Shown: positions 45,636 to 55,201 of the stretch, piece after piece | Layout of the letters: every line of letters starts with the position of its first letter | Numbering within the stretch: position 1 is the first letter of the stretch | Source: an uncultured Verrucomicrobiae bacterium | GTDB lineage: Bacteria; Verrucomicrobiota; Verrucomicrobiia; Chthoniobacterales; UBA10450 | NCBI GenBank assembly: GCA_963821615.1 | Contig: CAWGEN010000012.1 | Location: forward strand, 84,802 to 148,801 | Direction: 5' to 3' | DNA length: 64,000 nt | Notes under the pieces: generated by a model | Databases searched by the model: none | The model's input: only the letters and a program-made list of their open reading frames with translations | Told to the model about the DNA's origin: nothing | Position numbers and translations under genes: made by a program

Positions 45636-46772
45636 TCCGGTTGATCTCCGTCGAGAATGGCCTGGGCCGCAACCTCGTTCGCGCCACCTTTACCCAATTT
45701 GGCGATGACCTCATCGAAATCGGCCAACATCTCGCTGACGGACCTCGTGGTCGTCGAGCAGTTTCATGACTGCTCGCGCAATCTCGAAGGGTTGTGCCTT
45801 TCCCTGAATGAATTCGGGAACGATTTCGCGACCCGCGAGCACGTTAGGCATGCCAAGATGTCTTACCCGAATCAACATCCGGCCGGCCAGATAGGTTATC
45901 TCCGCCACCTTGTAGACGAGGACAAAAGGCAGACGAAAGAAAGCCGCTTCCAGTGTGGCGGTGCCGGATGCGACCACAGCCGCCGCGCTCTTCTGCATCG
46001 TCTCCGCCGCCCGGCCGACCACGACTTCGACTTGGCCTAACGAACCGGACACTGCCTCCAAATTGTGCCGGATTGCGATAGCGAGAGCTTCCGAAGCGGC
46101 GGCAATCTGAAAGCGCAAATCTGGCCGTTCCTTGTGCAACTCGCGCATCACCTCGATCAAGATTGGCAATAGCTTGCGTACCTCGCGCGCCCGGCTCCCG
46201 GGGAAGAGTCCGATCAGATGCGGAGCGCGCAGGCCTTCGATGCGTCTCGCTTCCAGATCCTCAATCATCGGATGACCGACAAAAATCGCGCGCAACCCGG
46301 ATTGTTTGTAGAGTTCGGCCTCAAAGGGAAAAATGCAGAGCATCAGGTCAAGCCAGCGCGCCATCTGCGGAATGCGGCCGCGGTTCCAGGCCCAGACCTG
46401 AGGGCTGATGTAATAGATGACTTTCCCGCCTAACGAACCTTCGTGAAGCGTGCGCGCGAGACGAAGGTTGAAACCCGGATAGTCGATGAGAACCACGGCC
46501 TCCGGTTTGGCCTGAGCGATCTCGCGCAGGGTCTTTCGAAATTCGCGCCGAAAATATGGATAGTGCTTCACCACTTCCCAAAGGCCGACCACGCCCGCTT
46601 CATCGCTCCAATCGAGGAACCGTTCGCCCGCCGCTGCCTTCATCCGCGGACCGCCTCGACCCAATAATTGAAGGTCCGGTTGCAAGCGGCGCAGCGCTTG
46701 CATGAGCGCGGCCCCGTGATTGTCGCCGCTCGCCTCTCCGGCAACGAAGTAGATGCTCAGCGGCCGATCCAT
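45632..46772 (-). CDS. lpxB: Lipid-A-disaccharide synthase; 1 frame correction near 45725
   Basis: ORF 45711..46943 read from MDRPLSIYFVAGEASGDNHGAAL: DYPGFNLRLAR, YYISPQVWAWNRGR, GLFPGSRAREV and ASGTATLEAA. The TGA overlaps the next ATG (ATGA). Confidence 0.85.
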
Positions 46773-46779
46773 CGAAAGG

Positions 46780-47700
46780 TCAGTGCGCCATTTGAATTCG
46801 TTTCGTAATCTCCACCGCGAGCTCAAGCGCGGCAGTCGCTTCGAACCCTGAAACCTTTGGCTGTAAACCGGCGCGCGCACATTCGATGAAGGAGAGCAGC
46901 TGCCGCTTGAGCGGTTCCTCTTTCTCGATCTCGACCTCGGCACGCTCGATTCCGCCGCCGACCTTGCGATAAATTTCGCCAGTTTGGTTTTGGTAATCGA
47001 GGGAGAGATACGCGTCCTCCTGGAAGACGCGAATCTTGCGCATTCGCTCGGGACTGATTCGACTCGAGGTGATGTTCGCTACACAGCCATTCTCGAAACG
47101 GAGGCGCGCGTTGGCGATGTCTTCGCGCCGGCTCAGGACCGGCACGCCGACCGCATCAATCGTTTGCACGGACGATCTGACGAGATGCAAAATGATTTCC
47201 AGGTCGTGGATCATGAGATCGAGCACGACGCCGATGTCGGTGCTGCGATTTGGAAAAGGCGAAAGGCGATGCGCTTCGATGAAACGCGGATGGGTCAGGC
47301 GTGCCTCCAGCGCGCTCAGCACGGGATTGAAACGCTCGACATGTCCGACCTGCAAGACGAGCTGCCGCTGTACGGCAAGTTCCGCAAGCTGGCTCGCCTC
47401 CACCGTGTCTTCCGCGATCGGTTTCTCAATCAGGAGATGCTTTCCCTTTTCCAGAAGCGGCTGCGCAATTGCGAAATGCGAGTTGGTCGGCGTGGCGACG
47501 GACGCGGCGTCGATCAGCTCCGAAAATTCCTCGAGCGAATTGGTCGCGCGCACCTGGTATTGCTGCGAAATCTCCTCGGCCGTCGCTGCGTCGGTGTCGT
47601 AGATTGCAGTGAAATCGGCCGTGCCTGTCTCGGCATAAAGGCGGGCGTGATTTTTCCCGATGTGCCCGACCCCGACGACTCCGACTCGTAGATTTTTCAT
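46780..47700 (-). CDS. Gfo/Idh/MocA-family NAD-dependent oxidoreductase
   Basis: Intact 306-aa ORF: VGVVGVGHIGKNHARLY; LLIEKPIA. Confidence 0.8.
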   Translation of the reverse strand: MKNLRVGVVGVGHIGKNHARLYAETGTADFTAIYDTDAATAEEISQQYQVRATNSLEEFSELIDAASVATPTNSHFAIAQPLLEKGKHLLIEKPIAEDTVEASQLAELAVQRQLVLQVGHVERFNPVLSALEARLTHPRFIEAHRLSPFPNRSTDIGVVLDLMIHDLEIILHLVRSSVQTIDAVGVPVLSRREDIANARLRFENGCVANITSSRISPERMRKIRVFQEDAYLSLDYQNQTGEIYRKVGGGIERAEVEIEKEEPLKRQLLSFIECARAGLQPKVSGFEATAALELAVEITKRIQMAH

Positions 47701-47759
47701 TAGCGCGCGCGATTAGAAAAGGCGAAGGACATGCCGGAAGTTGCCAGTCAACCGCAGCC

Positions 47760-48350
47760 ATGAAGCAAACGCAAACTGATTGGGACGAAGCCTATCGCCG
47801 GCGCGAGACGCCGTGGGAGAAGGGAATACCGCACCCCGCGTTGCTGGATTTTCTGGCGGAAAATGGACCGCTCGCCGGAGAGATTTGCGTTCCGGGCTGC
47901 GGCTCCGGCCATGACGTGCGCGCCCTCAGCACACCGCAAAATCATGTGCTGGGAATCGATCTTGCGCCGCGCGCGATCGCGAAAGCGAATTCACGGCCGC
48001 GAATCGCAAATGAAGAATATCTTCTTGCTGATTTCTTCGACTTGCCGGCGAGATTCGATCACCAGTTCGACTGGGTTTTCGAGCATACCTGTTTTTGCGC
48101 GATCGATCCCGGCGAGCGGAACGAGTATGTCGCGACTGTCGTTAGGCTCTTGAAACCGGGCGGGAAATTGCTCGCGATCTTTTTCCCTAATCCGGACCAC
48201 GATGAACCTGGGCCGCCCTACCGGGTGAGCACGGCGGAACTGGATGAGTTCTTCGGCGCGCATTTTTCGTTGGAGCGAGAGTGGGTTCCAGCGCATACAC
48301 ATCCGGGACGGGAACAACGCGAGCTAGTGCGCGTCCTACGCATGCGCTGA
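47760..48350 (+). CDS. SAM-dependent methyltransferase, thiopurine/halide methyltransferase-like
   Basis: Intact 196-aa ORF: WDEAYRRRETPWEKG...CVPGCGSGHDVRAL...GIDLAPRAI. Confidence 0.65.
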   Translation: MKQTQTDWDEAYRRRETPWEKGIPHPALLDFLAENGPLAGEICVPGCGSGHDVRALSTPQNHVLGIDLAPRAIAKANSRPRIANEEYLLADFFDLPARFDHQFDWVFEHTCFCAIDPGERNEYVATVVRLLKPGGKLLAIFFPNPDHDEPGPPYRVSTAELDEFFGAHFSLEREWVPAHTHPGREQRELVRVLRMR

Positions 48351-48469
48351 CGGAGGGACGCGCTGGAAAGCCCGGCCGTTGCTTCGCATCCGTTACGGCC
48401 GCGCGTCCGAGGACTCGTCGCGGCGAGTCCCTCCACTAGATTCATGGCCGACGCCGTTGAAGGATTCCC

Positions 48470-49153
48470 ATGCCTGCGTTTAGATTCCGCCTTCTGAAGC
48501 GCCTCTTTCTCATCCTTTTTCTCGCCCTCATCGCGGGCGCGACCGGCATCTACATAGACTGGCACTGGAAACGACCGCTATCACCCCGCGGCGGGCGTTA
48601 CTTCTTCCATCGCGTCGAGCTCCCGGTGCCTTCATTCCGTCAGGGCGACGAACGATGGCGGGACGATGCGCTCGGCGGCGTGCCCGAGAACGGCACCATG
48701 GGCGAAGCAGGATGCGCCGTCGCCGCGGCCGCGATGGTCTTCGAGTCCTATGGCATCGAGACCGATCCGCAGCAACTCAACTGGTTCCTGACCGCCGTGG
48801 GCGGCTACACCGAACAAGGCTGGCTTTACTGGGACCGCGCCGCCTGGTGGGCGCCCGACCGTGTCCGGCAAATCTACGAAGACCTGCCGTCCTACGCGCT
48901 CATCGATTCCAACCTCGCCCGCGGCAATCCTGTCATCGTGCGGGTGCGTTTTAGCAGCGGGATCACACACTTCGTCGTTATCGCCGGCAAAGACGGCTTC
49001 GACTATCTCATCCGCGACCCCGGCGCCGGCGCTGCCAAAGGCTACTACCCACTGCGCGAGCTCGGCAGCGATATCGAGGCGCTAAGGTTTTACGAGCCGT
49101 TGACGTCTCCGCGAGCAGCGGCGGATGCTCCCGCGGTTACGGCGAAGTTCTAG
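48470..49153 (+). CDS. Membrane-anchored papain-like (C39-like) cysteine peptidase domain protein
   Basis: Intact 227-aa ORF with an N-terminal TM segment. GEAGCAVAAAAMV and THFVVIAGKD supply a candidate Cys/His pair. Confidence 0.45.
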   Translation: MPAFRFRLLKRLFLILFLALIAGATGIYIDWHWKRPLSPRGGRYFFHRVELPVPSFRQGDERWRDDALGGVPENGTMGEAGCAVAAAAMVFESYGIETDPQQLNWFLTAVGGYTEQGWLYWDRAAWWAPDRVRQIYEDLPSYALIDSNLARGNPVIVRVRFSSGITHFVVIAGKDGFDYLIRDPGAGAAKGYYPLRELGSDIEALRFYEPLTSPRAAADAPAVTAKF

Positions 49154-49800
49154 AGCTGGCCCGAGATGTCCTTCTGAAAGAGCTGCGCCTTACGCTTGCT
49201 CATCTCTTCGGCGATGATCCGGGCGTCGCCGCCTTGAGCATAGAGCTTTTGCATAATGTTTTCATAGCTCGGTTCGTCCCGGTTTTGGCTTAGCTTGAAA
49301 ACATTCTCCAGCGCCCGCACTTCCATCTCGAAAGCGACAATCGCATTTTTCAGCGAATCCACATAAGCCTTCGGCAAATGACGGAAGAGAGCGGGCGAAT
49401 TTTCGTCATTCTCGAACTGCGCCGTAATTTGCTCCAGGATCTTTAAGAGCTCAGGTTCGCCGAGGAAGCGAATTTTGCCGCGCGCATGCACGCTCATGTA
49501 GTTCCAGGTTGATCCAGTTCGCGGATTCGAATACCACCGCGCGCTCACGTAAGTATGCGCCCCCGAGAAGACGCAAAGCGCCTCGTTGTTTTGCCCGAAC
49601 GCTCTGTGATGATCCGTATTCCTCATCATGTGCCCGCGAAGAAAAAGGCGATCGCCCTCACGCTCATCGATTAATACGGGCACCTGCGTGGCCATCGGCA
49701 GGCCCTGGCTGGAGCCAATCAACATCGCAAACGGATGCGCTCGGATAAACTCGAGAACGGTTCGCTGATCGCTCTCCTTAAAGTAAGGCAAATCGTACAT
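49150..49800 (-). CDS. PaiB-family FMN-binding putative transcriptional regulator
   Basis: Intact 216-aa ORF: MYDLPYFKESDQRTVLEFIRAHPFAMLI...ATQVPVL...GHMMRNTDH. Confidence 0.7.
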   Translation of the reverse strand: MYDLPYFKESDQRTVLEFIRAHPFAMLIGSSQGLPMATQVPVLIDEREGDRLFLRGHMMRNTDHHRAFGQNNEALCVFSGAHTYVSARWYSNPRTGSTWNYMSVHARGKIRFLGEPELLKILEQITAQFENDENSPALFRHLPKAYVDSLKNAIVAFEMEVRALENVFKLSQNRDEPSYENIMQKLYAQGGDARIIAEEMSKRKAQLFQKDISGQL

Positions 49801-49866
49801 GATGATGACGCCGCCTTACGATTGATGGCACGACCGCGGGCGTCCAGCCAGATCGGCAAAGCCCGC

Positions 49867-50466
49867 TTACTTCTTCCCCTCAAAGAGCAGGAGATATTTT
49901 TCGTAACCTTCTTCCTTCAGCTTCTCGACTGGGATAAAACGCAGCGACGCGGAGTTGATGCAATAACGCAGCCCGCCTTTATCCCCGGGTCCATCAGCGA
50001 AGACATGCCCAAGATGTGCGTCGCTTTTCTTTGTTCGAACTTCCGTGCGTTCTCTTCCGCCGCTTAGGTCTGGCTTTTCTTCCAGTTTCTCTCTCGCGAT
50101 CGGTTGGGTGAAACTCGGCCAGCCCGTCCCGCTATCGAATTTATCCAGCGAAGTGAAGAGCGGTTCGCCGCTGATAACATCGACGTAAATACCGGGTTTG
50201 TGGTTGTCCCAATACGCGTTCTTGAAAGGCGGCTCCGTGCCACACTGCATGGTCACGTGATACTGCTCTTCCGTGAGCCGGTTACGAAGGTCGGCCTCGG
50301 ACATTCCCTTGTTGCCGGTTCCGCTTTGGGCGGCGGCGATCTTGCTTTCGTTCTCGTGTTGAGCCATAGCGCGGTTAGAATGAAGGAGCGTCGCCATGAT
50401 TGCAAGAGCCACCAGGAACACGACGAGCAAGAACAGTCGAAACTTCCGCCAGTGTGACATCCCCAC
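49867..50466 (-). CDS. msrB: Peptide-methionine (R)-S-oxide reductase with an N-terminal signal/anchor
   Basis: Intact 199-aa ORF: [28 protein letters not shown]...[10 protein letters not shown]...[11 protein letters not shown]. Confidence 0.85.
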   Translation of the reverse strand: MGMSHWRKFRLFLLVVFLVALAIMATLLHSNRAMAQHENESKIAAAQSGTGNKGMSEADLRNRLTEEQYHVTMQCGTEPPFKNAYWDNHKPGIYVDVISGEPLFTSLDKFDSGTGWPSFTQPIAREKLEEKPDLSGGRERTEVRTKKSDAHLGHVFADGPGDKGGLRYCINSASLRFIPVEKLKEEGYEKYLLLFEGKK

Positions 50467-50870
50467 AAGGTCTTCCCGACCCCTGATGGTCTTGTCATTT
50501 AAGCTCCGCCGAAGTTAATCGCTAGATGGGCCATAGCGATCAGGTCGGAACCAAAAGTAGTCAGACAACAGGTAACGAAGTTCCTTTGCAGGTGCTGATC
50601 GAAAAGGGCTTTGCCTGCCTCGATCGCACCGGAGTGGAAAACTCCTTTCCAAATCCGCTGACTGACACGTTAACCGTTGCCGGCGTTTCTCCGGTAGCGA
50701 ACTGCGTTCCGTTTCCCATAAACTCGAATTCTCGCCCGTCCGAAGTAGGCGAGCTTCGTTCCCGGGGGCGAATGGCGGGATCCCCGGGGGCAGCTATAGA
50801 ATTTCGCTCCTTAGCTGTCAATGATGTTAGCTGAGCGACGGAAGCCATCTCTGACCTTGCCCTCAGACCA

Positions 50871-51269
50871 TCATCGCCTTTGGTATTGCTGGTCGCTGAC
50901 CTTTTCCATCCAGTCCACGGCCTTGCCATTGAGCTGTTCCTGAATGGCGAGGTGCGTCATGGCGGCGGTGGCGGTGGCGCCGTGCCAATGTTTTTCGCCC
51001 GGCGGGAACCAGATCACGTCACCGGGGCGAATTTCCTCGATCGGCCCTTCCCAACGTTGCGCAAGGCCGCAGCCGGCGGTGACAATGAGTGTCTGGCCTA
51101 ACGGATGTGTGTGCCATGCGGTCCGAGCGCCGGGCTCGAAGGTGACACTCGCGCCGACCACACGCGCCGGATCGGGCGCCTGGAAGAGAGGATCAATGCG
51201 GACCATACCGGTGAACCAATCGGCCGGTCCTTTGCCGGAGGGTTGTGAGCCGCTTCTCTTGATTTCCAT
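50871..51269 (-). CDS. Cupin-domain protein
   Basis: ORF 50871..51308 read from MEIKRSG: [20 protein letters not shown]...[16 protein letters not shown]. Confidence 0.75.
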   Translation of the reverse strand: MEIKRSGSQPSGKGPADWFTGMVRIDPLFQAPDPARVVGASVTFEPGARTAWHTHPLGQTLIVTAGCGLAQRWEGPIEEIRPGDVIWFPPGEKHWHGATATAAMTHLAIQEQLNGKAVDWMEKVSDQQYQRR

Positions 51270-51282
51270 TCTCTGAACTCCT

Positions 51283-52233
51283 TTAAGATCCTGGGCGTGC
51301 GGAAGCACGTTCTTCCGTGAACCACTTGTAGGTCTGCGCGATACCTTCGCGGAGCGGAATTCTTGGTTTCCAGCCTAACGATTCGATTTTCGAAATGTCG
51401 AGCAACTTGCGTGGGGTGCCGTCGGGCTGGCTTCTGTCCCAGGTCAGCTCGCCGCGAAACCCGACCACGTCGCAGATCAACTCCGCCAGCTCGCGAATCG
51501 TCAGGTCGGTTCCGGTACCGATGTTGATGATCTCGGGGCTATCGTAATTCCGGAGCAGGAAAAGGCAGGCCGAAGCCAGGTCGTCGACATGGAGAAATTC
51601 GCGCCGTGGCGTTCCCGAGCCCCAGACCACGATTTCACGCGCGCCGTTCGCTTTCGCCTCGTGCGCCTTGCGCAAGAGCGCGGCGAGAACATGCGAAGTG
51701 TCGAGATTGAAGTTGTCGTTAGGCCCGTAGAGATTTGTCGGCATGGCCGAGATGAAATTTGCACCGTATTCGCGGGCATAAGCCTGGCAAAGCTTGATCC
51801 CGGCGATCTTGGCAATGGCGTAGGCTTCATTCGTCGGTTCAAGCGGTCCGCCTAACAACGCGCTCTCCGGGATCGGCTGCGGCGCATGTTTCGGATAAAT
51901 GCAGGAGCTGCCGAGGAAGAGTAGCTTGCGCACACCGTGGGTGTGGGCGGCATGGATCAGGTTGTTCTGGATCTGCAGATTCTCGAGGAGGAACTCGACT
52001 GGCCGATCTTTGTTCGCCTTGATTCCGCCCACCTTCGCCGCCGCCACAACGACAATCGCGGGCTTTTCCCGGGCAAAGAATTCCTCGACTCCATGGCGAT
52101 TCGTCAGGTCAAGTTCGGCCCTGGTGCGGGTCAACAACCGGGCAAAACCTTCCGCTCGCAGCTTCCGAACAGCGGCGCCGCCAACGAGACCGCGATGGCC
52201 GGCGATGAAGATCGATTCGTCCTTTTCCATCAA
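51283..52233 (-). CDS. fcl: GDP-L-fucose synthase
   Basis: Intact 316-aa ORF: [13 protein letters not shown]; AAAKVGGI; [10 protein letters not shown]; NLYGPNDNF; [16 protein letters not shown]. Confidence 0.9.
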   Translation of the reverse strand: MMEKDESIFIAGHRGLVGGAAVRKLRAEGFARLLTRTRAELDLTNRHGVEEFFAREKPAIVVVAAAKVGGIKANKDRPVEFLLENLQIQNNLIHAAHTHGVRKLLFLGSSCIYPKHAPQPIPESALLGGPLEPTNEAYAIAKIAGIKLCQAYAREYGANFISAMPTNLYGPNDNFNLDTSHVLAALLRKAHEAKANGAREIVVWGSGTPRREFLHVDDLASACLFLLRNYDSPEIINIGTGTDLTIRELAELICDVVGFRGELTWDRSQPDGTPRKLLDISKIESLGWKPRIPLREGIAQTYKWFTEERASARPGS

Positions 52234-52458
52234 GTTTTGAGCAGCATCCGTTCAGCGTTTCCTTTTTCAAGCCTTCGCGCAATTCTCCTCCCGTGGTGAC
52301 GCGAGATGAAAGTCGCCTGAGCACTGTTTGCTAGGCGAGACTCCGTCGGGGTGGAGGGGCGCACACCATCCTCTCATGCGAATTCTGACGTTGATCGAAA
52401 GGGAACTTCCCTGCCTCCCCTTGTTCGAAGAGACCATTGAACTAGCCTCCCGATTCCA

Positions 52459-53001
52459 ATGGTAATCAAATCATTGCCTCTTCTGGTCGCGGCGAGCGCG
52501 GCCTTCTTCTTCCTCGGTGGTCTGCTCGTTTGGGCGGTGACGCGCTTGATGCGCAGCAACCGCGAGCAGTTCGTGGCCGGCGGGCCTTTTATGGCGGAGC
52601 AGGAGTTCATGATTAGCGCGCCAGCCGCCCTCGTGCTCCTCGTTGAAGTGCCCCGCTTCGGATCGGACTTTCGCCAACTTGAATTCGAGGTGGTCGATAA
52701 AGCCGGCGGAGAGCCAACAAAGTTGCGCTACGATTTCGTCCGTGCACAAGGGGCCGTTTACGGCGTGACGACGATGCGGGTTCCAATTGGCCGCGTCACT
52801 GTGCAGCGGCCTGGCTCCTATCTCGTGCGGGTTGATGGATTACAGCCAGGCGCGGATTACTCACGGTGCCGGATCATGCTCTCGCGCCCGTATCTGGGAC
52901 GCATGGTCCTGCAGATCATTAGCATCGTGATTTGCGCGATCGGCACGTTGTTAAGCTTGCTCCTTGCCCTGTGGCAGGTCCTGCCGCTGCAGCAGGGATG
53001 A
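52459..53001 (+). CDS. Hypothetical membrane protein (N- and C-terminal TM segments)
   Basis: Intact 180-aa ORF. I do not recognise a family. Confidence 0.4.
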   Translation: MVIKSLPLLVAASAAFFFLGGLLVWAVTRLMRSNREQFVAGGPFMAEQEFMISAPAALVLLVEVPRFGSDFRQLEFEVVDKAGGEPTKLRYDFVRAQGAVYGVTTMRVPIGRVTVQRPGSYLVRVDGLQPGADYSRCRIMLSRPYLGRMVLQIISIVICAIGTLLSLLLALWQVLPLQQG

Positions 53002-53372
53002 ATCGCTCCGGATCAGACGGTGACGCTTTGTTCGTTATGCAGTTTCCAGCCAAGCAGCGCAACCCATGGACTGAACAACGTTATTGAAGAACGCGCGCGG
53101 CCAGAGGCACGCCCAGAGACCAAAGGCAATGTTGTAGATCGCCGCGAGAGTGAAAATCAATCGGTAAAGCTTTGCTCGGTAGGCGGGGATCATTCCTCAG
53201 TCTTCATCTTATCAAACAACGGCCGCCAATCCGAATCGATGACCGATTTCGACCACAAGTGAGGTTCGCGACATCAGAATTCATGAAAAAGCGACGTTGC
53301 ACTCTGCCGGGGTCACCGACTCCGGCCGCCGCGCCATCGCCGGAAACATCGCGTCGTGTGATAAGCTGCATC

Positions 53373-53802
53373 ATGGCTGGTTATTCCGGTAAGCCGTTGG
53401 CGCAAAAACTGGGGATCAAGCAGGATCCGCCGTCGCGGCGATCGGGGCGCCGTCGAATTATCGGGAGCTGCTCGGGCCATTGCCGAACGGGGTTCGTTTT
53501 TGCACGGTGAAGGCGAAGCCGCAACTGATTCATTATTTCTGCACGGAACGCGCGCGCTGGCGAAAGATCTGCCGGTGTTACGCAAGAAAATGCGCGACGA
53601 CGCCATGCTCTGGGTCTCGTGGCCGAAGAAGAGCGCCGGCGTGCCGACGACAGTGACGGAGGACGTGGTCCGCGAATGCGCGCTGCCGCTCGGTCTGGTG
53701 GATACGAAGGTCTGCGCGGTGGACGAGACCTGGTCGGCTCTTCGCCTGGTGGTGCGGCTGGTGAACCGGAAGTTGACAGCGCGACCGCGTCCTGTTGCAT
53801 AA
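53373..53802 (+). CDS. DUF3052-like protein; 1-2 frame corrections
   Basis: [16 protein letters not shown]...; [48 protein letters not shown] (ORFs 53172..53510 and 53500..53802). Confidence 0.55.
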
Positions 53803-53834
53803 CGACGACTGCGTCGAAAGATCCAAGACGAACG

Positions 53835-55079
53835 ATGGCCTACCTGAACGAAAATTATCTCAAGCTCCAGGCGGGTTACCTTTTTCCCGAGATCGGGCGG
53901 CGGGTGAAAGAGTTTTGCGAAGCGAATCCCGAGGCCGCAAAACGGCTGATCCGCTGCGGAATCGGCGACGTGACCGAGCCGTTGCCGCCGGCCGCGGTGG
54001 CGGCAATGAAGACGGCGGTGGATGAGCTTTCCGTGCGCGAGACCTTTCGCGGCTACGGCCACGAACAAGGCGGCGATTTCCTGCGGAGCAAGATCGCGCA
54101 GATCGATTATCGCGATCGCGGGAATCGAGATCGCGGACGACGAGATCTTCGTCTCCGACGGATCGAAGAGCGATTGCGGATTCATCCTCGACGTGCTCGG
54201 CGACCGGAATCGGATTGCGATCACGGACCCGGTTTATCCGGTCTATGTCGATACCAACGTGATGGCGGGACACACCGGACCGGCGGATGAATCGGGCCGC
54301 TATGAAGGGATCATTTACCTGCCGTGCCGCGCCGAGAATGGCTTCGTGCCGGAGCCGCCTGACGGAACACGCGGATATCGTTTACCTTTGCTTCCCGAAC
54401 AATCCGACCGGCGCGGTGGCGACGCGCGCGCAGCTCGAGCGCTGGGTCGCCTACGCGCAGGAGCACCACGCGCTCCTGCTCTACGACGCGGCCTATGAGG
54501 GTTACATCAGCGAGCCGGGAATCCCGCGGTCGATCTTTCGAAATTCCGGGCGCGACGGAGTGCGCGGTCGAGTTCCGCAGCTTTTCGAAGACCGGCGGGT
54601 TCACGGGCGTGCGTTGCGGATTCACGGTGATGACGAAGCGGCTTCTTCTCCAGACGAACGACGGACGCGAGCTGCCGCTCCATCGGCTCTGGCATCGGCG
54701 TTGGAGCACGAAGACGAACAGTGTGAGCTACCCGGTGCAGCGCGGGGCGGAGGCCCTTTACAGCGCGGAAGGCCGGACGCAGGTGCGCGGGTTGATCGAT
54801 CATTACATGGGCAATGCGCGCATCCTGAGCGAGGCCGCGACGCGGGCCGGCCTGGGCGTCTACGGCGGGAAGAACGCGCCTTACATCTGGGTCCGGACGC
54901 CAACCGGCCTAACGAGCTGGCAAATGTTTGATCGGATGTTGCACGATCTGAACGTCGTCATCACACCGGGCAGCGGATTCGGCTCGGAGGGCGAAGGCTA
55001 CTTCCGCATCTCCGCCTTCAACAGCCGGGCGAACGCGGAGGAAGTGGCGCGACGACTCGAAGCAGCCTCCTTTTCCTAA
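53835..55079 (+). CDS. dapL: LL-diaminopimelate aminotransferase; 3 frame corrections
   Basis: [16 protein letters not shown]; GIGDVTEPL; [15 protein letters not shown]; [10 protein letters not shown]; [16 protein letters not shown] (PLP Lys); APYIWV...[17 protein letters not shown]. Confidence 0.85.
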
Positions 55080-55162
55080 TCCTGCTCCTGCTCTGCTCCC
55101 AATCTCTTGCACAGATTAGGAGCAGGATTAGGAGCAGGAGCAGGAGTAAGAGTAAGAGCGAA
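55074..55162. repeat. Inverted arrays of hexanucleotide repeats directly after the dapL stop; possible long terminator hairpin
   Basis: The right arm reads GATTAG GAGCAG GATTAG GAGCAG GAGCAG GAGTAA GAGTAA GAGCGA (55114-55162). The left arm TCCTAATCCTGCTCCTGCTCTGCTCC (55074-55099) is its complement; 55075-55089 pairs perfectly with 55118-55132. Confidence 0.6.
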
Positions 55163-55201
55163 TGCCTTGCGCGTGGCGAATGCGGCCTACAACTTAGCGG
55201 C

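Noticed and set aside
50526-50929. ORFs 50526..50834 (+) and 50561..50929 (-) as genes
   Set aside because: They overlap each other, show no recognisable motifs, and have atypical composition. I treated the region as unassigned (see findings).
55074-55162. The hexamer repeat region as a CRISPR array or coding repeat
   Set aside because: The repeat unit is 6 nt, with no spacers and no cas genes. It lies after the dapL stop and before the next start.
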